A stretch of DNA of 64,000 nucleotides from Nitrospinales bacterium (GTDB lineage: Bacteria; Nitrospinota; Nitrospinia; Nitrospinales; VA-1): the NCBI GenBank assembly GCA_965262115.1, contig OZ253496.1, positions 320,001-384,000 of the forward strand, written 5' to 3'. The translations under genes were made by a program, and so were the position numbers. This document shows, one piece after another, positions 1 through 9,963 of the stretch. Under the pieces are notes generated by a model. The model was not told the DNA's origin, searched no databases, and saw nothing but the letters and a program-made list of their open reading frames with translations. Position 1 is the stretch's first letter, and every line of letters begins with the position of its first letter.

Positions 1-1108
1 TGACCACTTGAACTTTCCTGTTGCTGTTTTGGGCTTCAGTTTCCGTCAAACCACACCAGGCTATTTCCGGATCGGTAAAAACCACAGCGGGAACACTGTG
101 TGTTTTTTGAGTGGAATTCTCATCAGTCAGAATATTGATAACTGCTTTGCCTTCCGCCGATGCTTTGTGGGCCAGCATCACTCCACCAATCACATCCCCA
201 ATCGCATAGATGGAAGGCTCACCGGTTTGAAACTGTTCATTCACCTGAATGAACCCATTGCCATCGGTCTTGATTCCGGTGGATTCCAGGCCAAGGTCCT
301 CGGTGCTAGGTTTTCGGCCTACGGCGACCAGAAGCTGGTCATAGTTGCCCGTCTTCATATCGCCCTTGAATTGCACCGCAACCTGATTTTCTTTCGGCTC
401 ACAAGAAACAACCTGGGTATTTAAATAAATAGCCTGAAATTGAGATTTAAGTCTGGAATGCAAAGGACGAACCAGGTCTCGATCCACTCCCGGCAATAAG
501 TCACCGGTCATTTCCACCACCGTCACCCGGCTACCCAGCGAGGCATACACCGTTCCCATTTCCAATCCTATATACCCACCTCCGACCACCAGTAAACTCT
601 CGGGAACTTCTTTCAATTCCAGCGCCGATGTTGAGGTCAGGGTCCACTCGCCGATTTCTGCAAATAACGGCGGACAAACAGATTGAGAACCTGTTGCCAG
701 AATGCAATGATCGAAGGTCATTGGCTCTTTGTCATCGATGACAAGATGATTACCATCGAGAAATCGGGCTCTCCCGCTTACAAATTCAACCCCGCGCTGT
801 TTGCAAAGGGAGCTCAGGCCGTTGGCCATTTTATTGATGACTTTACGATTCCATTCGCGGATCCGGTTCAAATCAATTTCAGGAGGTTGAAACTTCAAGC
901 CGCAGGCTTCTGCATTCCTGGTTTCCTCTATCAATCGTGAAAGGTGCAGCAGAGATTTGGACGGAATACAGCCTCGATGCAGACACACCCCACCCGGCTT
1001 GGGATTCTCGTCGATCAGCGTGACGCTCATCTCTCGGTCAGCAGCCAGGAAAGCGGCGCTATAACCTCCCGGGCCAGCACCTAAAACGATTACTTTTTTT
1101 TTATTCAT
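1..1108 (-). CDS. lpdA: dihydrolipoyl dehydrogenase (3' end runs off the window)
   Basis: Manual translation from ATG 1108: MNKKKVIVLGAGPGGYSAAF...GGVCLHRGCIPSK (FAD motif, redox disulfide); LLVVGGGYIGLEMG lies in the same frame. Absent from the ORF track because no stop lies in the window. Confidence 0.93.
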   Translation of the reverse strand, partial: MNKKKVIVLGAGPGGYSAAFLAADREMSVTLIDENPKPGGVCLHRGCIPSKSLLHLSRLIEETRNAEACGLKFQPPEIDLNRIREWNRKVINKMANGLSSLCKQRGVEFVSGRARFLDGNHLVIDDKEPMTFDHCILATGSQSVCPPLFAEIGEWTLTSTSALELKEVPESLLVVGGGYIGLEMGTVYASLGSRVTVVEMTGDLLPGVDRDLVRPLHSRLKSQFQAIYLNTQVVSCEPKENQVAVQFKGDMKTGNYDQLLVAVGRKPSTEDLGLESTGIKTDGNGFIQVNEQFQTGEPSIYAIGDVIGGVMLAHKASAEGKAVINILTDENSTQKTHSVPAVVFTDPEIAWCGLTETEAQNSNRKVQVV

Positions 1109-1130
1109 AGTATCAAATCATTAACGAAAA

Positions 1131-1739
1131 CTAACGATGTCTTTTGCGACTAAGTTGTTCCCAAACCCTCGGTTCGGCTTTTGAACCGACCTTGCCAAAC
1201 ATATAATGAAAAAGTCTTTGCGCATCCTGCTTGCCAGCATGCTTGCCAACAAGCCGGGAGACAATAGCCTCCTCTATTTGTAAAAATGGTTGCAACTGCT
1301 TTCCCACTTTTTTCACAATCTGAAGATTGCTGAGGTCTGAAGCGGGTTTAACCACAGAGGAAGGCTCACTGCCTTTTTGACTAATATTTTTAGAGTCGAG
1401 GCTATCACTCTCAGCAGCTAGCGATTTCTTGTTCAAGTTTTTATAACCAATAAAATATGCCAGTGCGAAACCAGATTCTGAATCACTTAAGGATTCAAGA
1501 TCCCTTTGAACCCTGGCAAGCAAACTTTTCGAATCTGTCTGGGAATCGCAACCACTCCACTGCCATATATCCCCATCAAGCGGAACCAATGCTCCAAGAT
1601 CGGTAAGATGCCTTAAAAAAGATTCAGCGACCTCCTCGCTCAAATCATCAGAAACGATGAATTCAATAAAAAAACTTGTCCAATCGGCCAAACTCATTCT
1701 GCCCGAATAATTTTTTTTCATAAACCCATCCTTTTGCAA
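1131..1739 (-). CDS. hypothetical protein
   Basis: 202-aa ORF co-oriented between the MOSC gene and lpdA; ATG at MKKNYS may be the true start; no motif recognised. Confidence 0.6.
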   Translation of the reverse strand: MQKDGFMKKNYSGRMSLADWTSFFIEFIVSDDLSEEVAESFLRHLTDLGALVPLDGDIWQWSGCDSQTDSKSLLARVQRDLESLSDSESGFALAYFIGYKNLNKKSLAAESDSLDSKNISQKGSEPSSVVKPASDLSNLQIVKKVGKQLQPFLQIEEAIVSRLVGKHAGKQDAQRLFHYMFGKVGSKAEPRVWEQLSRKRHR

Positions 1740-1774
1740 CTATATAGCTGGACAAGCAGGGCGTAGATAATTAG

Positions 1775-2422
1775 TTATACATCTTGATATTTAATCAAAC
1801 GCTTTTGAAGCTTCTCCCTCCACTCGTCTGACAAAGCAGAAAGAGAAACCAATTCTTTCATGTGTTGAATATTCGCCCCGCCCTTCCGAAACAAAGCATT
1901 TGCCTTTTCAATAGAAAATTTATCTTTATGAATTCTTTTTATAGGGGCTCCGGGTTCTACCAAACCTGGTTTAAGAACCCTTAAGTAATAACCGCTGAAA
2001 CCATATTTTTTAACACTGCAGGCCATACTCTGGTCGTTAAACACTTTATTCAGCTTATGGCAAGGCTCGCGAGGTTGAGAGACCTGGATCTGTGCCGACC
2101 CTATCTCAAAAATATCACCAATATTAATAGCTGTTTCAGGCATACCCGACAAACTAAGGTTTTCTCCAAAAGCACCTGGCAAGATTTTACGCTGTAGTTT
2201 TTCACTCCAATAAGGAAAATGGTCAACACAGTAGGCGCATACGGCCTTATCCTTTCCGCCATGAATTCGGGTGTCGCCAACACCATCCCCTTCAAACCCA
2301 AGATCATCCAGAAATACCGGTTGAGAAATGGGAATCTTAAAAATTCCTGACCTGATTTTTCTGGGGCCACCATCAAGGGAAACGCGGGCTGGAGGAGTAG
2401 TATTAATGGAAACAATTTTCAA
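1775..2422 (-). CDS. MOSC domain protein (YiiM-like)
   Basis: SGIFK, HGGKDKAV, GAFGENL, QVSQPREPCHKL and GYYLRVLKPG motifs. Confidence 0.9.
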   Translation of the reverse strand: MKIVSINTTPPARVSLDGGPRKIRSGIFKIPISQPVFLDDLGFEGDGVGDTRIHGGKDKAVCAYCVDHFPYWSEKLQRKILPGAFGENLSLSGMPETAINIGDIFEIGSAQIQVSQPREPCHKLNKVFNDQSMACSVKKYGFSGYYLRVLKPGLVEPGAPIKRIHKDKFSIEKANALFRKGGANIQHMKELVSLSALSDEWREKLQKRLIKYQDV

Positions 2423-2504
2423 ATCGTGCGCCTCAACTTCTTAGTTACAAAAACAGATCAAATATAATTTATTGGATAATTAAAAGCAGGAAAACCAATA
2501 TCAG

Positions 2505-3143
2505 TTACTTGGACGATGCGGACGGTTTATAGTATTGATAACAATCTCTACCATTATTTTTTGCTAAATAAAGTGCTTCATCAGCACACTTTATCAGGCT
2601 TTTCGCGGCTTTTCCCAGTTCTTCCAGAGCCTGGCTGATCGCTGAATGGAATTCCGCAACCGTCAACAATTTATGGGTTGCGTTTGAAACACCCTGCAAC
2701 AGTTCACCTTGAACCTTAAGAGACTGCTCGGTTACTCTCATTTGCACTTTCTCCTTTTGAATTTTTATCGCGGATCGTACCGAACTAGCCAGGCCTTCAA
2801 CAGAAAGGTTTGATTTGGTTATATAATCCGTGGCTCCTGCTTTCATTACCTCGACAGCTTTCTCCTGATCCCCCTGCGAAGTCAAAAATATTACCGGAAT
2901 AGATATATCCCGTTTATTTAAATGTTCTAGTATTGAGAGCCCATCCGCTTTCCCCAAACGAAGATCCAGAAGACAAACATCGTGTTCACCGTTTTCTATA
3001 CGCGCAATGGCATCTTCATTTTTCGTTGCATAATCCAAATATAATTGCGATTCAGGCAATCCCTTCTTGAGCATCTCCTTGACCAGAAAAATATCATTTT
3101 CATCGTCGTCAACAACCAGTATTCTTAATGGGTGATTTCTCAT
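2505..3143 (-). CDS. response regulator receiver fused to remnants of GAF and GGDEF domains (internally deleted)
   Basis: REC motifs ILVVDDD, LLDLRL, FLTS, YITK; the tail LIKCADEALYLAKNNGRDCY is a GGDEF C-terminus but no GG(D/E)EF core is present. Confidence 0.8.
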   Translation of the reverse strand: MRNHPLRILVVDDDENDIFLVKEMLKKGLPESQLYLDYATKNEDAIARIENGEHDVCLLDLRLGKADGLSILEHLNKRDISIPVIFLTSQGDQEKAVEVMKAGATDYITKSNLSVEGLASSVRSAIKIQKEKVQMRVTEQSLKVQGELLQGVSNATHKLLTVAEFHSAISQALEELGKAAKSLIKCADEALYLAKNNGRDCYQYYKPSASSK

Positions 3144-3234
3144 GGCAAATTAGAAAAAATTTTTAGAAACACAAGGATAGATTCATTTTATCACGACACG
3201 ATAGTCCAAATGGCCCCGAATATCAATGCGGGAA

Positions 3235-4209
3235 CTAGGGCATCCAAAGGTATAAGAAATAAGGACTTAGGGTGCTTTTATCCAGACCAAGATTCAAATT
3301 AATCAGGTTAAAGGCAGGGGGTTGCGGAGAAATGGAATAAAGGTTGGATTTATAATCCCCTTGGTGCTGATAGGTGACCACTTTTAGATCAGGTTTTTCA
3401 AGTTTAAGCTTAATCCGCTCCATAGTATCCGAGATATAACCAATGCGGTCAATAAGCTTGAGGTCTATGGCTTGATTTGAGTCAAAAATACGGCCATCGG
3501 CAAGAGGTTTCACTGCGCCCAAATCAAGTTCTGTCCTGTTTTCTGCGATAATGGTAATAAATCGAGTATGAAAATTATCGATGGTATTCTGAAAAAGTTC
3601 TCGCTCCTCATAGGTGAAAGATCGAAACGGGGACATGAAATCCTTTTTATCGCCGGATTTCACAATTTCCCAATTCACACCTATTTTTTCCATAAGGTTT
3701 TCCAGATTTACTTTTAAAGCTATCACACCAAAGCTGCCAATCAATGAGGTAGGATGCGCAACAATTTCATCCCCAGCAAGGGCTACATAATAGCCACCGG
3801 AAGCGGCAAGGTCCATAATCTGAACATAAACCAAAATCCCATGTTTCTTCTTATAAGTCACCAGTTCATGCAAGATGATATCGCTGGCAGTCACCGTACC
3901 ACCAGGACTATTGATCTTAATTAAAAGTGCCATGATATCATCATCCTTCTCCGCTTTGGCAATTATTTCGCGAACCTGTTCCACCATGCCCAATGCTGTT
4001 GTGGCGCCTGTGAAGGCATGATCTTTCTGGTTATTGATCACACCCTGCAAATCTATCAGGAGTAATTTTTCCGGCCCCTCCCCTTCCAGCACAGTTTCTT
4101 CCAGAGGCCCCATAGTCGGACCAAGCTGAATAGTCGCACAGGCAGTACCAAAAAAAACAGCAAGAACCAGCATCCACCCTTGCTTGATAAATTTAGTGTT
4201 TTTCAACAT
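3235..4209 (-). CDS. sppA: signal peptide peptidase SppA (S49), probable lipoprotein
   Basis: KINSPGG, AASGGYY, GSFGV and KSGDKKD motifs; lipobox-like FFGTAC; start uncertain. Confidence 0.9.
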   Translation of the reverse strand: MLKNTKFIKQGWMLVLAVFFGTACATIQLGPTMGPLEETVLEGEGPEKLLLIDLQGVINNQKDHAFTGATTALGMVEQVREIIAKAEKDDDIMALLIKINSPGGTVTASDIILHELVTYKKKHGILVYVQIMDLAASGGYYVALAGDEIVAHPTSLIGSFGVIALKVNLENLMEKIGVNWEIVKSGDKKDFMSPFRSFTYEERELFQNTIDNFHTRFITIIAENRTELDLGAVKPLADGRIFDSNQAIDLKLIDRIGYISDTMERIKLKLEKPDLKVVTYQHQGDYKSNLYSISPQPPAFNLINLNLGLDKSTLSPYFLYLWMP

Positions 4210-4235
4210 TTCCAGATATTTCAAAAAAATAAAAG

Positions 4236-5144
4236 CTAGGTTAAGACACCCCAAAAAGGTTCCAGTTTATTCTGATAGGATTCGAAATTCGTCTGGGATT
4301 TAAAAATTTTATCAAGATTATGGCGAATCTTCAAAATGACTTCTTCGTTGCGCTTTTCCTTTTCCAGTAAGGCCTGCTTAACCAAGTCGTACAAGCAAAG
4401 AATGATCTCTTTAAGGTTTAAATTCAATTTTGCGGCGCGCATTTTAATTTCTTTACGCTGATCGACGGAACGCCCGGACCAAACTGTACTTTCCACAGCC
4501 TTGATTTCCTTGACATACATTTGGATGATCTCATTTAAAGAGGCTAAAGCCACCCCATCACAACCGGAGTCCTTCAGTTTTTTGCACAAAATATGCAGGT
4601 TCTGCAGAGGATCAATAACCTGCAAATCAATCAATACCGACTCATCCACCTCATACATTTTACTCAACTCAGACGGCTGAAGTCTTTCAGAGCCTCCAAT
4701 ATCATTCCCCAATTTATCTTTTAAGTTTGCAACTTCCGTATCCACCGATATTTTAGCCGCCTCAAGAGTTTGTGAAATCTTTTCATCAAATTCTTCCACG
4801 CTCCTTCTCTGCGAATGAACATCCCTGTATTTTTTCTTGAAATCCTCCAGGATGAGTTCAACCTCCGTATTCCAATTGGCCATCAGTTTATTAGCCCGCG
4901 AGCTTTCAAGGGGCACAAGATATTTCAGCCTCACCTTTCTTTCAATGGTGACAAGTCCCCTTATAAGCGTACGTATCAACCGCTCATAAGAAATATACTG
5001 GGCATCCAGGTGTTCCTGAGAATGCTTCAGATTGGATTTGGTGAATTTAATATTGTTCTTTTTTAAGCGAACGGCATTTTCGGCCAAGAGGGACGTGCAT
5101 TTATCCCGTTCCATAATATCCAGGGTTTTATCCAGATCTTCCAT
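4236..5144 (-). CDS. hypothetical alpha-helical protein
   Basis: 302-aa charged helical ORF co-oriented with its neighbours. Confidence 0.7.
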   Translation of the reverse strand: MEDLDKTLDIMERDKCTSLLAENAVRLKKNNIKFTKSNLKHSQEHLDAQYISYERLIRTLIRGLVTIERKVRLKYLVPLESSRANKLMANWNTEVELILEDFKKKYRDVHSQRRSVEEFDEKISQTLEAAKISVDTEVANLKDKLGNDIGGSERLQPSELSKMYEVDESVLIDLQVIDPLQNLHILCKKLKDSGCDGVALASLNEIIQMYVKEIKAVESTVWSGRSVDQRKEIKMRAAKLNLNLKEIILCLYDLVKQALLEKEKRNEEVILKIRHNLDKIFKSQTNFESYQNKLEPFWGVLT

Positions 5145-5186
5145 AGTTAGATTTCAGAAATAATGTTAATGGGATGAGTTGAACTG

Positions 5187-5975
5187 TTAATCCGCGCTTT
5201 TGGCACAACGACACCCTATACCATAATAATCCTTGGCATCACTATCTCCATAGCGGCTGGAGGACCGGAGATAAACGGGAAGACTGTTCCAGGCCCCCCC
5301 ACGAATAACGTGGTATTTTCCTTTTTCTGGACCTTTGGGGTTTTTATAGGGACTTTTATTATAATATTTTTTATCATACCAGTCATAAACCCATTCGGCA
5401 ACATTGCCCCCAAGGTCGAACACTCCTTCAGGACTTTTGCCTTGCTCAAAACTACCGATCGGGGAAAGCACGGTCCCTTTTTGTATAAAACAACAATTGC
5501 CAAAGTTGGCCCGTTTTTCATTGGGAGGTTCATTACCCCAGGGATAGGCTCGGTTCTCAATACCTTTTGCAGAGCGTTCCCATTCTGCTTCCGTGGGCAG
5601 GCGCTTATCTTTCCATTCACAATATTTTTTGCAACGCTTCCATTGAAAACCAAATACTGGCTTGTTGATCATATCAGACCGTGCCTTTCGGTCGATCCAG
5701 CCGGTTATGGTTGGATATTGTCTGGGGTTGGCGGCCAAATATTCTTCAAAATCCTTAAAAGTCACTTCATATTTATCTATATAGAAAGCATCCAGATAAA
5801 CTTTATGACCGGGGTGCTCATTGGATTTCCCCTCTTCTTCAGGACTGCCCATCTCAAATTCCCCTGCAGAGATATAAGCCATCTCGGGATGGGAGTTGGC
5901 TTCAGCTCGGGAAAACACGATCAATACCACCCAAATGAATAAAAACTGTCTCACAATCCTATTTTTTATGTTCAA
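5187..5975 (-). CDS. formylglycine-generating enzyme (FGE/SUMF1) family protein, exported
   Basis: FEMGS, YIDKYEVT, RLPTEAEWE, GNVAEWV, RGGAW and GCRCA motifs; signal peptide. Confidence 0.9.
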   Translation of the reverse strand: MNIKNRIVRQFLFIWVVLIVFSRAEANSHPEMAYISAGEFEMGSPEEEGKSNEHPGHKVYLDAFYIDKYEVTFKDFEEYLAANPRQYPTITGWIDRKARSDMINKPVFGFQWKRCKKYCEWKDKRLPTEAEWERSAKGIENRAYPWGNEPPNEKRANFGNCCFIQKGTVLSPIGSFEQGKSPEGVFDLGGNVAEWVYDWYDKKYYNKSPYKNPKGPEKGKYHVIRGGAWNSLPVYLRSSSRYGDSDAKDYYGIGCRCAKSAD

Positions 5976-6077
5976 GGCCCGATATTCATTGAGCCTGAAA
6001 GTTTAAAAGTTTATTATAAAGTACCAAATGGAAGCAGTGACCCCACGAATCCTCCATTTCCCCCGATCTTTTGATTC

Positions 6078-6572
6078 ATGCATATCTTAAAACAAATTGA
6101 CCGATTTCTGGAAAAAATTGAAAGCCACCTGATTGTCTTGATCCTGAGCCTTATGATTGTACTTTCGTTCGGCCAAATGTTACTGAGAAATTTTTTTGAC
6201 ATGGGAATTGTATGGGGAGACACCCTGCTCCGTCAATGGGTTCTCTGGCTGGGATTTTTAGGGGCCTCCATAGCAGTCAGACATGACAAGCATATTTCCA
6301 TTGAGATTTTTTCCGAATTATCGTCGCTTTTTTGGAATCGGATTATTAAAGCTTTTACGAGATTTTCAGCTGGCATTATCAGCGGCTTTCTGGCCTGGGC
6401 GGCCTGGTCATTCATGCTATTTGAAAAAGATGCGGACTCGGTTCTTTTCCTGAATATTCCTGTCTGGATTTTTCAGACCATTCTGCCCTACAGTTTTATA
6501 GTTATCGCCATACGCTTTATAATAAGTGGTGCCGTTTTATTTGAAAACAATTCCGAGCAAGCGCTCAAATGA
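6078..6572 (+). CDS. TRAP transporter small permease (DctQ-like)
   Basis: Four hydrophobic segments, WLGFLGAS..RHDKHISI; overlaps the large permease gene. Confidence 0.88.
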   Translation: MHILKQIDRFLEKIESHLIVLILSLMIVLSFGQMLLRNFFDMGIVWGDTLLRQWVLWLGFLGASIAVRHDKHISIEIFSELSSLFWNRIIKAFTRFSAGIISGFLAWAAWSFMLFEKDADSVLFLNIPVWIFQTILPYSFIVIAIRFIISGAVLFENNSEQALK

Positions 6573-7825
6573 TCGCCTTAGTGATTATTCTACTGGCCTT
6601 GCTGGGTGTCCCCCTGTTTGCTGTCATTGGCCTCTCGGCCCTTGCTTCTTTTTACAATGCCGAGATAGATTCGGCAGCCATATTTGTTGAGCTTTACCGG
6701 GTGGCCAGTAACCCGACACTCATCGCCATTCCGCTGTTCACCTTTTCCGGATTTATTCTCGCTCATGGAAAAACTCCCGAGCGTTTGACGCGAGTCTCAC
6801 AAACCATTTTGAGAGGTGTTCCCGGCGGCATCCCTCTGGCTATCCTAATGGCCTGCGCATTCTTCACGGCCCTTACTGGAGCTTCCGGAGTGACAATCAT
6901 CGCCCTGGGCGGTTTGCTCTACCCGCTTTTATTAAAGGAAAAATATGGTGAAAACTTTTCCTTAGGAATGATCACCTCATCAGGGAGTCTGGGGCTTTTA
7001 TTCCCCCCTTCCCTGCCCCTTATTTTATATGGCATAGTCGCTCAGGTCAGTATCGACAAGCTATTCATTGCCGGCATTGTCCCCGGCCTGATCATGATTA
7101 TGATCGTATCGGCCTTCGCTATCACCCGAAGTGCCCGGTCATCCGAGAGCTTTAACTGGCCTGAAGCCAAATCAGCCCTGATCGATGCCATTTGGGAACT
7201 GCCCCTGCCTTTCCTTATATTGGTGGGAATATATGGCGGGTTCTTCACCGTGACTGAGGCCGCATCCGTGACCGTGGTCTATGTGATTCTGGTCGAAACG
7301 TTCATCTACAAAGATCTCGACCTTTTCAAAGATTTGCCGGGCTTGATGAAAGAAAGCATGATACTGGTCGGCACCATCCTCATCATTCTGGGAACCGCAA
7401 TGGGATTCACCAACTACCTTGTGGATGAACAAGTACCCATGACCCTACTGGCAAGCATGAAACAATACATCCATGATCCTCTAACGTTTTTGATGGTGTT
7501 AAACGTGTTCCTTCTCATCGTGGGTTGTATGATGGATATATTTTCCGCAATCATCGTGGTCGTCCCGTTGATTATCCCGATTGCGCAAAGTTTTGACGTA
7601 AATATGGTACACCTTGGAATCATTTTTCTGACCAACCTGGAAATTGGTTATTCAACACCTCCAGTAGGAATCAACCTTTTTATAGCCGCCACCCGTTTTA
7701 ACAAGCCCGTATTAAAATTGTACCAAGCCGTTTTGCCATTTCTAGGACTGCGGCTAATCGGTCTTATTCTGATAACTTATGTACCCGCAATCAGCCTCTT
7801 TTTAGTGGATTGGGTTTCCCGGTAA
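6569..7825 (+). CDS. TRAP transporter large permease (DctM-like)
   Basis: LIAIPLF, GLLFPPSLP, TVTEAA and TPPVGINLF motifs; highly hydrophobic. Confidence 0.92.
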   Translation: MIALVIILLALLGVPLFAVIGLSALASFYNAEIDSAAIFVELYRVASNPTLIAIPLFTFSGFILAHGKTPERLTRVSQTILRGVPGGIPLAILMACAFFTALTGASGVTIIALGGLLYPLLLKEKYGENFSLGMITSSGSLGLLFPPSLPLILYGIVAQVSIDKLFIAGIVPGLIMIMIVSAFAITRSARSSESFNWPEAKSALIDAIWELPLPFLILVGIYGGFFTVTEAASVTVVYVILVETFIYKDLDLFKDLPGLMKESMILVGTILIILGTAMGFTNYLVDEQVPMTLLASMKQYIHDPLTFLMVLNVFLLIVGCMMDIFSAIIVVVPLIIPIAQSFDVNMVHLGIIFLTNLEIGYSTPPVGINLFIAATRFNKPVLKLYQAVLPFLGLRLIGLILITYVPAISLFLVDWVSR

Positions 7826-7889
7826 TAGCATTTCTGGTTTTTGACACCTATGTTATTCTGCCGAGAATATTCACAAACTATCGAATGAC

Positions 7890-8423
7890 ATGAATAAAAA
7901 GTATAGCCATAGCCTGAAAAATGAAACGGTTTCTTACACCGTCTTTAAAAGCCCAATTGGATTAACGGGTATTGCGGCAACACAAAAAGGCCTGATCCGA
8001 CTTACAAACAAGGTTCCCAGCGAAAAATATTTTGAAAAACTTTTAGCTAAGGAACTAGAATTTCAAATTATAAAGAATCCAAATCATTTCAAAGACCTCA
8101 TCGAACAGTTTCAAAGTTATTTTAAAGGCGAGCTCAGATCCTTCCGATTTCCCTTGGATTTGCGGCTGGAGACTCCCTTCCAGCAAAAAGTCTGGAAAAG
8201 TCTTCTCACCATACCTTATGGTTTTACCCGAAGTTATAAATGGCTGGCTCAATCCATTAAAAACCCTGATTCAGCCAGAGCCGTTGGCAACGCAAATGGT
8301 CAGAATCCTCTTTCCATCATCATCCCATGCCACAGGGTGGTCCGTGAAAATGGTGAATTGGGAGGATATACAGGAGGCGTGCAGATAAAACGTTACCTTC
8401 TGAAACTGGAAAAGGCCATTTAA
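7890..8423 (+). CDS. ogt: methylated-DNA--protein-cysteine methyltransferase
   Basis: FQQKVW, ARAVGNANGQNP, active-site PCHRV. Confidence 0.95.
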   Translation: MNKKYSHSLKNETVSYTVFKSPIGLTGIAATQKGLIRLTNKVPSEKYFEKLLAKELEFQIIKNPNHFKDLIEQFQSYFKGELRSFRFPLDLRLETPFQQKVWKSLLTIPYGFTRSYKWLAQSIKNPDSARAVGNANGQNPLSIIIPCHRVVRENGELGGYTGGVQIKRYLLKLEKAI

Positions 8424-9178
8424 TGGCCCTCTATAAAACTCGAGCCATAGCGATTAAAAGCATTAACCTTTCGGAGTCAGACCGGTTAGTCACTTTCTTG
8501 ACCGAGAATCACGGTAAAGTTAAATGCGTCGCCAAAGGAGCCAGAAAAATCAAGAACCAGTTCTGGGGTGCCTTGGAACCCATGTCCCTGATCCATCTAA
8601 TTTATTTTGGCAAGGAGCACCAGAGCCTTTTCCGGCTCAATCACTCAGACATCATAGAGTCCTTTCAAACAATCCGCGATGACTTTGACAAGCTCTATAC
8701 GGGCGTCTATTTTCTCGACCTTATCGACGCCATGATTCTTGAAGGCCACCGGGAAGCAAAAGTTTTCAGCCTGCTTTATCAATCGCTGGCAGCGCTCAAT
8801 CATCAGAGCGAATTAGAACCTCTGCGCCGGCTTTTTGAGATTCGCCTGCTTTCATTAGCCGGATATCAACCACAACTGGAGCATTGTGTCCTTTGTAGAA
8901 AGTTACACCAAAATGGATTAATTTCTTTCAGCTATGCCCATAATGGAATCCTTTGCAATTCATGCTGCAACAGGGCAAGGAGTGACATACAGTTCAGCAC
9001 GGGAACAAGAAATTACATAAAAAAATTATTAGAGGTGGAAATCAAAACCTGTGAAAGGTTAAAATTTCCTAAGGGCCAAACGGAAGAAATCGAGAAGGTG
9101 ACCCATCGCCTGGTTCTTTCCCATTTAGGCCGTGAATTGAAGTCTTACCCTTTTATTAAAAATATGGCAGAACTTTAG
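8423..9178 (+). CDS. recO: DNA repair protein RecO
   Basis: ESDRLVTFLTENHGKVKCVAKGARK N-terminus; Zn motifs CVLC and CNSC. Confidence 0.93.
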   Translation: MALYKTRAIAIKSINLSESDRLVTFLTENHGKVKCVAKGARKIKNQFWGALEPMSLIHLIYFGKEHQSLFRLNHSDIIESFQTIRDDFDKLYTGVYFLDLIDAMILEGHREAKVFSLLYQSLAALNHQSELEPLRRLFEIRLLSLAGYQPQLEHCVLCRKLHQNGLISFSYAHNGILCNSCCNRARSDIQFSTGTRNYIKKLLEVEIKTCERLKFPKGQTEEIEKVTHRLVLSHLGRELKSYPFIKNMAEL

Positions 9179-9187
9179 GAAATCCGT

Positions 9188-9568
9188 ATGGAAAAGAAAC
9201 CGGTTCAAACATCTAAAGCCCCATCAGCAATAGGCCCCTACTCCCAAGCCATTCGTATTGGAAACTTCTTGTACACTTCCGGCCAAATTGCCCTTAATTC
9301 TGAAAACATGGAGATGATGAACGGCGAGATTGAGGAAGAGACCGAATGGGTTCTTAAAAATGTAGAAGCGATTTTAGAAGCCGACGCCATGAGTCTAGCT
9401 CATGTTATCAAAACCACGGTTTATCTGACCGATCTCAGTGAATTTGCCAGAATGAATCAGGTTTATGAGAAATTTTTTGCAAAAACCAAACCTGCCCGAG
9501 CCTGTGTGCAAGTTGCGGCACTCCCTAAGGGAGCAAAAGTAGAGATTGATGCAATTGCTCACTCCTAA
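9188..9568 (+). CDS. ridA: RidA/YjgF imine deaminase
   Basis: APSAIGPYSQA, SGQI, PARACVQVAALPKGAKVEIDAIA. Confidence 0.93.
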   Translation: MEKKPVQTSKAPSAIGPYSQAIRIGNFLYTSGQIALNSENMEMMNGEIEEETEWVLKNVEAILEADAMSLAHVIKTTVYLTDLSEFARMNQVYEKFFAKTKPARACVQVAALPKGAKVEIDAIAHS

Positions 9569-9598
9569 AACAATTCACCCCAACCAGGAAAAATAATT

Positions 9599-9850
9599 GT
9601 GGCAAAAAAATCAGACGGAACAAGAAATTTTTATCGGTTCATGATGCTGATCGGGGTTGCCGTGATCGGTAGCCTAGGCTATTCATTCATGAGCGCCGCA
9701 CCGGACTTTAAAATATCGGAGTATCATCAGGCCACGACTCCGGCGGTGCAATGCATGCAATGCCACATGCAAGGGGTGGAGAAAATTCCCATCATGCCTC
9801 ATCGCCCTATGGGAACCTGCACCATGTGCCACACTCCGTCAGACATTTGA
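9599..9850 (+). CDS. small membrane-anchored diheme c-type cytochrome
   Basis: N-terminal hydrophobic helix; CMQCH and CTMCH. Confidence 0.8.
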   Translation: MAKKSDGTRNFYRFMMLIGVAVIGSLGYSFMSAAPDFKISEYHQATTPAVQCMQCHMQGVEKIPIMPHRPMGTCTMCHTPSDI

Positions 9851-9963
9851 TAAAGGTTAGATGCTGAGAACCAGCTCGAACAACAGCACACGGCTATAGA
9901 GCGAATAAAATTCCCGCTGGACAGCGGAAACGGTAACTATCTCGTTTATACAAGGCGGGATAA

